Counted from the stretch's first letter, positions 1 to 13,497 are shown. The stretch is 64,000 bases of DNA from a bacterium (GCA_963674595.2 CAXXFV010000027.1:192001-256000); one strand, 5' to 3'. Numbers and translations: made by a program. Notes: generated from the letters alone by a model not told the origin.

Positions 1-961
1 CATCCTGTAATTGATATGATTTGAAAATAAATGGATTTATGGCCGCCTTACCGATAACCTGGAACGGGTATTTCCGATTTTCGTTGATCTCAAGGGCTTT
101 TTGTGGTGGTGTGTAATTTTCATAAGCTGATGTCAAAACACCGGAACGCGCATCGTTATTGATAAGAAAATTTCGATAATCACGACTGATACCGGTTACC
201 GGAATTTTTAAGACAGGATGAGTCAGGGCCGATTGAAGTAAATAAATATAATCCATAACTTCTTTGACTTCTTTTTGAATACGATCGTCATGACAAAAAT
301 CGTAAATATTAAACAGGTGTGAAAACACAACTCTATTATAAGTCGGAGAAGCGAATTCATCGATTCCATAAAAATAAATATGATTATACCAGCGCGTCCA
401 TTGACTTTTGGCCATCTTTTTTATACGATAATTATCAAACCTCTCCCCCGCCATTGTAAATGTTTCCACGTATAATACAAAGATATTGCTGTAATTAACA
501 AAATCCCGCCCAATATCAAAAACTTCCGTATCCCAGCGACGAACGGCCGCTTTCAGCAAATTTTTGGAACATGTAATAAATTTCTCCTTTGTTTGCGGAG
601 ACATTTTATTCTGAAAATCCCATAATTTATTAAACACCCAATGTGCTTTAAATAAAGCATTGTTAAAATCCACAACCTTTTCCCCATTTTCCCATTTCCA
701 ACCCCATTGTCCGAAGGTTATGGATTCCGGATCCTGGTCCTGCGCAGCAGTGACTTGATTAATTAAATCATCCGCTTTTAAACAATTTTCCTCACCGTCT
801 TGCCGATAAAGTAACCAGGCATATTCAAAAAAAACATTTATATTATCAGAATATTTTTGCTCTATTTCTTTCAGTCTGAGTGTTTCAGTATCCGTCAATT
901 TTTGTGCAAAGAGACTTGTACTAGATAAAAGACAGAAAAACAAAGTAATAAACTTTTTCAT
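1..961 (-). CDS. Secreted hypothetical protein, 3' end runs off the window; 'EFxSPxY...SRxY' family, possibly alpha/alpha-toroid lyase-like
   Basis: Not in the ORF track. Hand translation from ATG at 961 gives MKKFITLFFCLLSSTSLFAQ (signal peptide) ...YGIDEFASPTY...TGISRDY, open to the window edge. Starts 15 bp after the GH2 stop, with a GGAG SD. Confidence 0.75.
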   Translation of the reverse strand, partial: MKKFITLFFCLLSSTSLFAQKLTDTETLRLKEIEQKYSDNINVFFEYAWLLYRQDGEENCLKADDLINQVTAAQDQDPESITFGQWGWKWENGEKVVDFNNALFKAHWVFNKLWDFQNKMSPQTKEKFITCSKNLLKAAVRRWDTEVFDIGRDFVNYSNIFVLYVETFTMAGERFDNYRIKKMAKSQWTRWYNHIYFYGIDEFASPTYNRVVFSHLFNIYDFCHDDRIQKEVKEVMDYIYLLQSALTHPVLKIPVTGISRDYRNFLINNDARSGVLTSAYENYTPPQKALEINENRKYPFQVIGKAAINPFIFKSYQLQD

Positions 962-976
962 TAAAATTCTCCGTTA

Positions 977-4009
<3,033 letters not shown>

Positions 4010-4101
4010 TTACAAAAATCCATTACATTTTTTTTCAAATGGTGCTCAGCAAAACTATTACCGGTTTAATATAGTTATTTTCCATTGGAACATTATTAAA
4101 A

Positions 4102-6357
4102 TTATTCCGACACTCCCCAGTTTTTATTTGGTTCGGGTCCCATATTAAACACCAGTTTGCCGCCGCATACAATTTCATCATGTTTTAGAAATGTGCGGTT
4201 AAATGGTTTATTATTTAATGTCGCAGACTGAATGTAAATATTCTCAGGAGTCAGATTATTGGCGATAATAGTAAATTCTTTACCGGTATAATAATTTTCA
4301 TCAAAATTTAAAGTTACTCGGTCAAATATCGGAGCAGTTACCTGATAAATCGGTTCTCCCGGACAAACCTGATATAAGCCCATGGCGCTCATAACAAACC
4401 AGGCAGCCATACATCCATAGTCATCGTCCATTTCCTCTAAATAACCGTCAGGCGTTGTCTTAAAAATCCTATCATAAAACGGCTTTTCAAAAAATCCATG
4501 CGTACCATAACGTTGTGTCATGGGTTCAACAAGTATTTTTCTCACCCATTTTTGCGTCAACCAGGGGGTACCGACAGAATTGAATAAAAACGGCGCCTGC
4601 ACATCCGGCTGATTACCCTGAGTATATAAATCATTATTAAAGAAATAATCAAGTTCAACGCTGAATTTCTCTTTACCGCCAATTAGGTTTACAAGTCCGG
4701 GACCATCATGAGGAACAAACCAGCGCCATTGCCAGGGAGTACCCTCATACATGTATTTTTCCCTGTTAATGTCAGGACTCTCGGGAAAATCAAGCCACTC
4801 TCCTTTTTCACTTTTCGCTCTAAAAAATTCGATATTTTTATCCCAGGTATTGTGATAAAACCGGGAACGTTTTATAAAATAATCGTAATCATCTTGTTTA
4901 CCCAATGCTTTTGCCATCTGAGCAACACACCAGTTGTCATAACAATACTCACAGGTTTGGTCAGGTCGTGCCGGTATATAGCCGATTTTGTCATATTTTT
5001 CCGGCATTTGTAACATTATCTCCTTACGCATACCGTCATAGGCTTTTTCCAGATCCGAATTCAGCAAACCTTTTGTATAAGCATCAAGCACAACAGTCAA
5101 CATGTGTTCATTTCTGACATTTAAATAGGGCACGTATCCATCAGGTCCCATACAATCAAATCCAGCTCCATGGGGTTTATGGTCTATATTTGGAAACGTC
5201 CAATAATCAGCACTTTGTTCGTAAATATCTATAATTGAATGGACAATGTCTTTCATCGCTTTCGGATCAATCAGGCTTAACAAGGGATATTTCGTCCGAT
5301 AGCTGTCCCAGAAAGCATAATTTTCATAGTGTATATAACCATCGGCAACGTGATTCTTTTTATCATATCCGGGATAAATACCGTTAACATCCGTAACATT
5401 ATTGGGGTGTGTATAGGTGTGAAATAATGCTGTGTAAAATATTTTTTGTAATTCCGGAGCTCCTTCAACTTTAATTTTTTTAAAAATTTCATCCCATTGT
5501 TTTTCAGCCTGTTTAACCGTTCCATCAAAATCCCATTCAGGGATTTCTTTTTCCAGGTTTAAGCGGGCCTGTTCAATACATGTTGCAGATAATCCGACTT
5601 TAATATAAACAATCTCATCTTTTTTTGTTTGAAAATCAAAAACAGCTAAAATTTTCTTTCCATTAACTTTATTTCCGTCGACCTTTATTTTATCATCATA
5701 TATCGAAAATGAGGTAAAAGGTTTACTGAATTTTGCATAAAAATAAAGATGTCCCGAAGTTTTAATGGAACCGGTTAACTCTTTCGAGCTCAATATATTT
5801 AAAAAAGGCTTATTTGCCTTTGAATTTGCCAAATTAAAAACAATATGAGAATTATTCGACTCGGGAAAACAATAACGATGGAAGCCGGCATGAGGACTAA
5901 CCGTCAAGTCTGCCTGAATATTGTAATCATTCAAATAAACCTGATACTGTCCCGGAGAAGCAAATTCACTTTTTTTATCAATACCTGTAAAAAGACTATC
6001 ATTGGAAAGCGGCACAGTGCCGATTACAGGCAACACAGATAAAAGCCAACTGCGATCACAAATTCGAACACCACCTGATGTGGATTTCCGGATATGACTG
6101 AATCCCCTTATTTTGTTATCAGAATAGTTATATCCTGAATGAGCAAAATCACCGTCACCTGTTAAACTACTGGGATAGGTATCCGGGCCAAGTTGAAGCA
6201 TACCAAAGGGTAATGAAGCAGCCGGAGTAAAATGCCCGTGATCTCCTTCGGTACCAATAAACGGATCAACAAGGTTTTGATATTTAGTGCCAGAGTTGCA
6301 GTTAAAAATTATAAGAGTAAAGAACAATACAAGTAAATAGTTTTTTGGAGATAGCAT
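4102..6357 (-). CDS. Glycoside hydrolase family 92, alpha-mannosidase-like, probable lipoprotein
   Basis: Motifs VDPFIGT, PFGMLQLGPDT, FYTALFH, YEGTPWQW, GNQP, DDDYGCMAAW and NIYIQSATLN. Confidence 0.9.
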   Translation of the reverse strand: MLSPKNYLLVLFFTLIIFNCNSGTKYQNLVDPFIGTEGDHGHFTPAASLPFGMLQLGPDTYPSSLTGDGDFAHSGYNYSDNKIRGFSHIRKSTSGGVRICDRSWLLSVLPVIGTVPLSNDSLFTGIDKKSEFASPGQYQVYLNDYNIQADLTVSPHAGFHRYCFPESNNSHIVFNLANSKANKPFLNILSSKELTGSIKTSGHLYFYAKFSKPFTSFSIYDDKIKVDGNKVNGKKILAVFDFQTKKDEIVYIKVGLSATCIEQARLNLEKEIPEWDFDGTVKQAEKQWDEIFKKIKVEGAPELQKIFYTALFHTYTHPNNVTDVNGIYPGYDKKNHVADGYIHYENYAFWDSYRTKYPLLSLIDPKAMKDIVHSIIDIYEQSADYWTFPNIDHKPHGAGFDCMGPDGYVPYLNVRNEHMLTVVLDAYTKGLLNSDLEKAYDGMRKEIMLQMPEKYDKIGYIPARPDQTCEYCYDNWCVAQMAKALGKQDDYDYFIKRSRFYHNTWDKNIEFFRAKSEKGEWLDFPESPDINREKYMYEGTPWQWRWFVPHDGPGLVNLIGGKEKFSVELDYFFNNDLYTQGNQPDVQAPFLFNSVGTPWLTQKWVRKILVEPMTQRYGTHGFFEKPFYDRIFKTTPDGYLEEMDDDYGCMAAWFVMSAMGLYQVCPGEPIYQVTAPIFDRVTLNFDENYYTGKEFTIIANNLTPENIYIQSATLNNKPFNRTFLKHDEIVCGGKLVFNMGPEPNKNWGVSE

Positions 6358-6398
6358 AGGCTAATCACTCCTACATTAGTTGGAATAAATTTATGATT

Positions 6399-7772
6399 TC
6401 AAATATGAAGCCAGGGTTGTGCTTTAGACATAGGCATGGGTAATTCATGATCCGGTTGCGGCATAGGCGGGTAATCCGGCGCCTCCAGATTTGTGACCAA
6501 ATCGGAAATTCGTACCGGCATCCCTGTGGCTATTGAATGATTGGCCGCAACACCACATAATATGGAATAAGCGCCGCCACGATGATCTGCCGCCTGTAAA
6601 TATTTATCCGGTTCAGTGTTCGGCTGAAAAATATCCTTCAACATTACAGGATCAGCGCCGCCATGACCACCTTCTCCTCCCCATATATCCACCTCATAAG
6701 CCGGGGCAAAATGGGGAAATACCCGTGTCCAGGTCCCTTCTTTGTTCAATGATCCGGGTATGGTCCCGTCACCACTAATATATACCTGCTCTTCACATTT
6801 ATGTTCAATGCGGCCTTTGGTACCGTTAAAGGTAACAACATACCCTTCCCAGGGCATAAAAGCATTTAGCGAATAGGTCAATTGTGCACCGCTCTGATAA
6901 TCGATTATCACTGACATGGTGTCTTCTATATCCATATCCGGACTGAATACACATTTGTCCCGGAGATAACCATCATACTTTTCATTTTTCAAATATAAAC
7001 GGTTCAGGTTTTTTATGGATTCAATGTCCAGACAAAAGTTACATCGCTTCTTCTCAGGACAGGTATAACACCTTGTATCCCGTTTCAACAATCCATATCG
7101 GTCTGCTGTTTTGGGCGTGTAAAACACTCTCTGACCGCGTGCAAAAACTGATTTGGGAACCGTGGACAACCACCAGTTCACCAAATCAAAATGATGGGTT
7201 GACTTGTGAACCATCAGTCCGCCTGAATTCTCTTTCTTTCGATGCCAGCGGCGAAAATAGTCAGCGCCGTGTTCCGTGTCCAGCATCCAGTGAAAATCAA
7301 CAGATAATATATTTCCGATTACACCGCTCATCAACAAGTCTTTAACCTGGGCTCTGGGCGGTGCATAGCGATAATTAAACGTTACCTTACAATGCCGGCC
7401 GGTTTCTTTTTGCGTATCCAGAATAGCCTGACACTTTTTTTCATCGATGGTCATCGGCTTTTCGGTTATCACATCACAACCGGCTTTCATTGCCTTAATT
7501 ATATATTCATCATGAGCACAGTCACGGGTCGTGACGATTACACAATCCGGTTTAGTCTCTGTTAACATTTTATCAAACTCTTCCGCCCCATATCCGGGAA
7601 CCTCTACGCCATAGCCATGTGCCCAGTCAATCCGGTCCTTTAAGCGTCCGGCATTGTTATCACAAAATCCCACCAGTTCACTGCTTTCTCTATATGTTTC
7701 CAAAATTGCTTCACTATACATCTCTCCGCGGGACCCAAGCCCGACTTGAACATATCTTTTTTTCCGTACCAT
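6399..7772 (-). CDS. Gfo/Idh/MocA family oxidoreductase (YteT-like)
   Basis: N-terminal VGLGSRG Rossmann motif, TEKP, HGADYFRRWH, HHFDL and GHGGAD. Confidence 0.88.
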   Translation of the reverse strand: MVRKKRYVQVGLGSRGEMYSEAILETYRESSELVGFCDNNAGRLKDRIDWAHGYGVEVPGYGAEEFDKMLTETKPDCVIVTTRDCAHDEYIIKAMKAGCDVITEKPMTIDEKKCQAILDTQKETGRHCKVTFNYRYAPPRAQVKDLLMSGVIGNILSVDFHWMLDTEHGADYFRRWHRKKENSGGLMVHKSTHHFDLVNWWLSTVPKSVFARGQRVFYTPKTADRYGLLKRDTRCYTCPEKKRCNFCLDIESIKNLNRLYLKNEKYDGYLRDKCVFSPDMDIEDTMSVIIDYQSGAQLTYSLNAFMPWEGYVVTFNGTKGRIEHKCEEQVYISGDGTIPGSLNKEGTWTRVFPHFAPAYEVDIWGGEGGHGGADPVMLKDIFQPNTEPDKYLQAADHRGGAYSILCGVAANHSIATGMPVRISDLVTNLEAPDYPPMPQPDHELPMPMSKAQPWLHI

Positions 7773-8148
7773 TATTTCCTCATTTAACTGTAGATAATTA
7801 TATTATATAAAAATTCTTCCGCAGGGAATCTGATGCCTTTTCCATAACCAAAACCCTGCGGAAAGGAGGATAAGGAAGCCACATTTTAAATTTAGTTTGT
7901 GATAACAATTAAAAAAACAACAATGTAATATAAAAAAACAAAATCAGTTGTACTCTTCTAATCGTCTAAAAATCTGGATTGAGCGTCTATAAAAAGGATT
8001 GTTTTGCAATTACATCAATCAAATTTTTAAGCTATTGTAATGTATAAATGTATTCCCGCCCATATATCACAAAATGTCAAAGAACAAAAAACAGCAAATT
8101 TTGTCATCCGGAGTGTTGTTAAGAATGATAATTATTTCAAATAAAATT

Positions 8149-8178
8149 AAAAAAGTGGAGATGTATTTCTCCACTTTT
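8149..8178 (-). terminator. Intrinsic terminator of the sigma-FecR-TBDR-CTD operon
   Basis: AAAAGTGGAGA-tgtatt-TCTCCACTTTT hairpin with a T-tract on the minus strand, about 35 bp after the stop at 8212. Confidence 0.75.
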
Positions 8179-8211
8179 CAAAAATTACAAACTTATATTT
8201 TAATGAATCCA

Positions 8212-9939
8212 TTATTTCATTAAAATCATTTTTCTTGTCTGTTTATAATCGCCGGCCTGAATAGAGTAAAAATAGATTCCTGAAGCAAGATTGGCTCCAT
8301 CCACAGTAATTTTATAATTACCAACAGTTTTATAACCATCTACCAATGTTTTTACTCTTTGACCTAATGTATTAAAGATGGCAATTTTAACAACACCAGC
8401 TCTTGGAACAACATATTCAATTGTAGTTGTTGGGTTAAACGGGTTCGGATAGTTCTGAGATAATTTATAACTTACCGGAGTCAAATATTTACCATCACCA
8501 ACGGCAGTTGTCGGTGTGATAAAAGGAGTTCGTGCCGGCGGTTGGTAAATAGCTTTTGCATTTAACATTGAATCTTTGAGTGCCGCAATAATCTGATCTC
8601 TGTTTGCAAGATAAGTTTCCTTTGCCTGAGGCCACCAGTTCAAATCACCCAGCGGTAAACCGTCGGACCCACCGGTTTTCCATGTTTCATTGGCATAGGT
8701 TAGATCAAATGGTAACGGCCAGTTACATACAGGTGCACCACCATCTGGAAACTCAACCGTACGTGGAAGAGGATCATAATTCGCTGCTCTAGCTGGGTAT
8801 GGATCTGTCCAATAACCTTCAATGAAAGCAAGAAGAGAATCGGTGGATGTTGCAGGTATTGTAAATTCAGGATCAAAGTCTTTATAATTGGTACCGATTT
8901 TATAATCGTCATCATTCAATACGAAGGAATCGACATCAGCAATTTCCCAATAACCGGATTGATGGATACTGTCATCCGGGGCAGTAGCAGTTCTGTTTGC
9001 GAACCATGCATTGATTTCATCCTGAATAAAAAATCCGTTTTGCCCAAAATAACAGGATATCGAATCAAGTTTGTCACTTACCGGCAGATAATCATTATAA
9101 GTTGTAAAATTCATTTGATAAATGTCGTTGTTTCTTATCTGGTTCGGACCATAACCAACAAATTCCCAATTGTACCAGTAATTGTTAGCGCTGATGAAAT
9201 CATAATGCCGCATTTCATGGGCAGTTTTTACATTATTGATAAAGGAATTATGAAGTATACGCGTTGTCATTTTCAAAAATGGTCCGGCGTTACATATACA
9301 TCTTCCGGTATTAACAAGTGTATTATTCTCTAAAGTGTAACTGTCTCCTCCTACATTAAAGCGAATTGACATACCGTCAAATACACTAAAGTCTCCACTT
9401 CCACCATTCATAAAAACACAATCTTTAGCGGATACATCAAGACCCTCGGCATAATTTCTGAAAACTCTTTCGTTCCAGTCACAGAAGACCATATTCTGGG
9501 CTTCAAATAACACACCTCCGTTGCTCCTCATCATGTCACTTGCGTAATTTCCTGTACTAACCATGCCACTGATTATAAAATTCTTTAAAACAAGTTCTCC
9601 ACCTTCAAGAAGCTGAAAAAGTTGTCGTCCACCACCACTGTTTGGATCAGGCGTATTAACCAAAACAGGCGGATGACCTTCAGCATGGTCCTGAACCATT
9701 GGACCGTTATCCGGACCGACAATTTCGCATCTGAATGTAATGTCCATTCGACCATCTAAGGCATAAAACGTTGATCGTTCCATTTTATAAACAGTGTGAG
9801 CACGAGACCCATCCGCAAGCGTGTCAGCCAGAATTTGAGCGTTGACAAATTCATTCGGATCCAAAACCATTTCATCCTGAGCAAGTATTGGTGCTGAGAT
9901 CGTTAAGCATAAAATGATTAGTAAAGTTAATTTTTTCAC
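8212..9939 (-). CDS. Secreted protein with beta-helix-like core and C-terminal T9SS/Por-type sorting domain; putative TBDR partner
   Basis: GTG start with GGAG SD, signal peptide, Asn-rich beta-helix-like repeats, 'GLPLGDLNWWP', and C-terminus 'YKLSQNYPNPFNPTTTIEY...ASGIYFY...KMILMK'. Confidence 0.8.
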   Translation of the reverse strand: MKKLTLLIILCLTISAPILAQDEMVLDPNEFVNAQILADTLADGSRAHTVYKMERSTFYALDGRMDITFRCEIVGPDNGPMVQDHAEGHPPVLVNTPDPNSGGGRQLFQLLEGGELVLKNFIISGMVSTGNYASDMMRSNGGVLFEAQNMVFCDWNERVFRNYAEGLDVSAKDCVFMNGGSGDFSVFDGMSIRFNVGGDSYTLENNTLVNTGRCICNAGPFLKMTTRILHNSFINNVKTAHEMRHYDFISANNYWYNWEFVGYGPNQIRNNDIYQMNFTTYNDYLPVSDKLDSISCYFGQNGFFIQDEINAWFANRTATAPDDSIHQSGYWEIADVDSFVLNDDDYKIGTNYKDFDPEFTIPATSTDSLLAFIEGYWTDPYPARAANYDPLPRTVEFPDGGAPVCNWPLPFDLTYANETWKTGGSDGLPLGDLNWWPQAKETYLANRDQIIAALKDSMLNAKAIYQPPARTPFITPTTAVGDGKYLTPVSYKLSQNYPNPFNPTTTIEYVVPRAGVVKIAIFNTLGQRVKTLVDGYKTVGNYKITVDGANLASGIYFYSIQAGDYKQTRKMILMK

Positions 9940-10218
9940 AATAGCTCTCCTTTTTCTATTTTATAGAAACCATCTATTAGTTTACAACTCTACCATAAAT
10001 ACAGATTAAAAACACTTGAACGATATTTTTCTCCTCTTCAAATTATCCCTCACTAATTGGATTTATTAAAAATAACATTATTTAATTCTCTGTCATCACC
10101 TCCTTAAAATTTGCATTATCAGTTTCATTCATTTTATAATGATTTTCCTAGAAAAGAACTGATTACTCTCATTTAACTAAAGTATTTTTTGGTACTGCCA
10201 ATAAATAGTTTTGTTGAT

Positions 10219-13200
10219 TTAAAACCTGTAACGAATACCAATATCTGCCGTTCTACCAAAATAGCCAGCATAAGATAACAATTCCAGTTTACTGACATAT
10301 CTACGGTCCGGTTCATTGTTGATGTTCATTACGTTACAATAAAGACTCAATCCATTCCACGGTAATTTTTGAACTACATTCAAATCCCATTTGAAAAAAT
10401 CATCAGTATATGATTCCAGTTCTTCACGAATATTGGGAGAACCCAACATATTACCCTGAAAAAGAAAGGACAATCGAGCTGAGAATCCGCGGTAGTCGTA
10501 TCCTAATGTGGTATTAAGTATATCATTAGCCTGGTACGGCATGCGAACTGTTCTCGACGAATCGACAAAGACTGATTTGGCCCAAATTCCTGTTCCTTCT
10601 TTCTTCATAGTCTGATAGGGAAATTGGGTTTCTGATTTCTGATGTGTATAATTGATACTAAATACCAATCCTCGAAGAATAGATGGAAGATACCAGAAAT
10701 TGGTCTGCCAATCCAACTCAATACCACGAACAAATGTTGTAGCGTCAAGATTAATCCAGGTATGAACAGAGGTGTTTTTAGTCGGATGTATTTCATCAAT
10801 CCTATAATACATTTTTGCCAGATCTTTGGTTTTAAAAGAAAAGCTAGCAATAAGATCATCTATCTCTTTATAAAAATAACCACATGTAAACAGGCCAATA
10901 TGATTATCATAAAGTGATGTATATATGTCATAATTTTGAACCAGTGCCGGCTTAAGTTCGATATTTCCGAAATCTATACTTGGAGAACCTTGATCATAAT
11001 AATAATAGGGTGAAAAAGCATTGTAATCGGGATAAATAATTGTGCGAGTACTGGCCAGACGGATATCGAACCAATCGACAGGTTTTAAACGTAAATGCAT
11101 CTGCGGGAACCAATGCTCTTTCTGCCTGTTTGAGGTTACCTCTTCATTGTTGTAATCATACCATTCCGGTCCATAGTAGGTTGTTTCCCAAGCCCAGTAA
11201 TTTGTTTCAAAATTTTCATATCGAACACCGGGCATAAACATAATGTGCTTTCCAAGATTCATTTCCGTCATGAAATAAAACGCAGAAAGATGTGCTCTAT
11301 ACTTGTAGTCATTTTGATTGGATTCTTGTGGTCTTAGAAAAAAATGATTGTATTGAATTGCAAGAGCTTCATAGTGTTCCATTTGTTCAATGGAACCGGT
11401 GTAAAAGAACTTGTCAACACCTTCTTTGCCGGACAGAAAATTACCAACGTCATAGTAAGGGTCTTCAAATAGAGAAGCACGGATACCATTCCCGGTATCA
11501 TCAAGCATCAATCCCAACTCCGTCCATAAAGAGTCCATCATCATTTGTGTAAAAACCTGACTCGGCTTATGTCTATCAGGATGGATATAGTTAACTGTTA
11601 CATCATTCTCCCTTTTCTGGTAACGGTATTTTCCGCCAAATTTTAAATCTCCTGTTATAAAGTTTGAAAACCGGTAAGGTATATTAAAATTAATAACAGC
11701 ATTTCGTTCGATGTTGATTATATCCGACGCTGAAGATTGTAAATCTTTGGTACGCAGCTTCCCGTCATACATTGTGATACTGTTTAAAAATTCGCTTGGA
11801 GTTGCTTCTACCGCTTTTTCTATTAAGGATGTTTCAAAACCAGCCTGGTCTTGTTCAGCTATGACCTTCATTTGAAGGGACCCGGGATTATACATATCGG
11901 AAACCGAATTGGATATGGAAAAATCCATTTTCATTCCCAACAAATCAAATTCGCCCTGTAAAGCGTTGCTGTACACTTTAGTCCCGCCTCCGTCAGAAGC
12001 ATCTGAAGCTGTTGTATAAGAGGTAAACTGACTTCCTTGTAATGCAAGAGAATTTGTCATACTAATAGATTCACCAGAAAGTTTACTATAAAAGTTATTT
12101 AATACTAAATTTCCATTGGGAAGATGATAATCGAGAATTATACCTCCCCCTTTTCTCCATCGGGTTGTTTTTGTGTCAGTAATGGTAACACTACTTAGAT
12201 CAATTATCGATAATCCCTGTATTTTTGTTTCTTCTTCATTAATTTCATAGGAAGCACTCAAAGCATCAGCACTTCTGTCGTATTCATCTGCAGAGGCAGC
12301 TATTTGAATTCCCAATTTATCGTTGAAAAAGCGATTACTTAGATTGGCCGTCATTTTATAATTTCCATAAGTATCTGCAACCGAGCCATACCCGCCCTGC
12401 ATTGTGAAATTACTATGAAATCCAGGTTTTGCTTTGCCAATTCTTAGATTAACCGTCCCTCCAACAGCGTCCGCATCCATATCGGCAGTTGCTGCTTTGG
12501 TCACTTCGATACCGGTAAGAAGGTTTGATGATATCATATTTAAATCAACACTTCTATCACTTCCGCTGGTAGACTGCATACGCACACCATTTACCATCAT
12601 CACATTGTATTTTGGCTCCATTCCACGAATCGATACCTTTGTTCCTTCACCACCACTACGAATAATTGAAATTCCGGGTAAACGGGCCACCGATTCTGCT
12701 GCATTAACATCAGGAATTTCCTGAATTTTATCAGCGGCAACTACGTTTTTTATTGTCCTTGCAGCTAATTGCTGGTTAATCGCTTCGATTTGTCCTTCTG
12801 CCTGCGCCGTTATTTCAACCATTTCCCCTTTAATGGCGGCATATTCCAATTCTATATTTTTAGTTATCGTTTCGCCGGGTTTCAAATTTACAGGTATGTC
12901 TACATCTTTATATCCGATATATCTTACAACAATTATATAATTACCGGGATTTATTTTTGGAATTGTAAATTTTCCGTCCATATTTGATGCAGCACCAATA
13001 CTCGTCCCTTTAATAAGGACGTTAGCGCCCGGCAGAGGTTCACCGGTTGCAGCATCCAGAATTAAACCGGTAATTTTTCCGGAAATTCTGCTATTTGATT
13101 TATTATCGGATGGTTTTGACGAGCCACCTCCTTCTAATACAAGTTGTCCCTCTGGTGAAAAATATAATTTCGTCCCGGTAGTTTCTAATATTGACATTAA

Positions 13201-13479
13201 TGCTTCTATCAGGTAGACATTTGAAAGTTGGAGTGTGACGGTTTCATTTAATGGAAGTTTTTCACGATTATAATTAAGTCTAAGATTATTTTGAGCGGCT
13301 AATGTTGAAAGGGCCTTTTCCAAGGTAATATTTTTAAAATCAACAGTTACAGTTTGGATCAAAGCCGTTGGTATCTTTTTTCCGTAAAGATCTTTTAGTT
13401 CAACCATAGCCAATTTATCCTGGCTAAAGGCAAAAGAAGTTAAACAAAATGCTAAAATGACGTGAATTAACTTTTGCAT
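10219..13479 (-). CDS. TonB-dependent receptor (transducer) with N-terminal STN and carboxypeptidase-regulatory-like domains
   Basis: STN-like N-terminus, 'GEPLPGANVLIKGT', plug 'NAAESVARLPGISI...IRGM...DAVGGTVNL', and C-terminal barrel signature 'GIRYRF'. Confidence 0.92.
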   Translation of the reverse strand: MQKLIHVILAFCLTSFAFSQDKLAMVELKDLYGKKIPTALIQTVTVDFKNITLEKALSTLAAQNNLRLNYNREKLPLNETVTLQLSNVYLIEALMSILETTGTKLYFSPEGQLVLEGGGSSKPSDNKSNSRISGKITGLILDAATGEPLPGANVLIKGTSIGAASNMDGKFTIPKINPGNYIIVVRYIGYKDVDIPVNLKPGETITKNIELEYAAIKGEMVEITAQAEGQIEAINQQLAARTIKNVVAADKIQEIPDVNAAESVARLPGISIIRSGGEGTKVSIRGMEPKYNVMMVNGVRMQSTSGSDRSVDLNMISSNLLTGIEVTKAATADMDADAVGGTVNLRIGKAKPGFHSNFTMQGGYGSVADTYGNYKMTANLSNRFFNDKLGIQIAASADEYDRSADALSASYEINEEETKIQGLSIIDLSSVTITDTKTTRWRKGGGIILDYHLPNGNLVLNNFYSKLSGESISMTNSLALQGSQFTSYTTASDASDGGGTKVYSNALQGEFDLLGMKMDFSISNSVSDMYNPGSLQMKVIAEQDQAGFETSLIEKAVEATPSEFLNSITMYDGKLRTKDLQSSASDIINIERNAVINFNIPYRFSNFITGDLKFGGKYRYQKRENDVTVNYIHPDRHKPSQVFTQMMMDSLWTELGLMLDDTGNGIRASLFEDPYYDVGNFLSGKEGVDKFFYTGSIEQMEHYEALAIQYNHFFLRPQESNQNDYKYRAHLSAFYFMTEMNLGKHIMFMPGVRYENFETNYWAWETTYYGPEWYDYNNEEVTSNRQKEHWFPQMHLRLKPVDWFDIRLASTRTIIYPDYNAFSPYYYYDQGSPSIDFGNIELKPALVQNYDIYTSLYDNHIGLFTCGYFYKEIDDLIASFSFKTKDLAKMYYRIDEIHPTKNTSVHTWINLDATTFVRGIELDWQTNFWYLPSILRGLVFSINYTHQKSETQFPYQTMKKEGTGIWAKSVFVDSSRTVRMPYQANDILNTTLGYDYRGFSARLSFLFQGNMLGSPNIREELESYTDDFFKWDLNVVQKLPWNGLSLYCNVMNINNEPDRRYVSKLELLSYAGYFGRTADIGIRYRF

Positions 13480-13497
13480 AGTACCATCCTATTTAAA

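Noticed and set aside
8120-8142. Fur-box-like AATGATAATTATTTC
   Set aside because: Only a partial match in very AT-rich DNA, and not near an obvious promoter.
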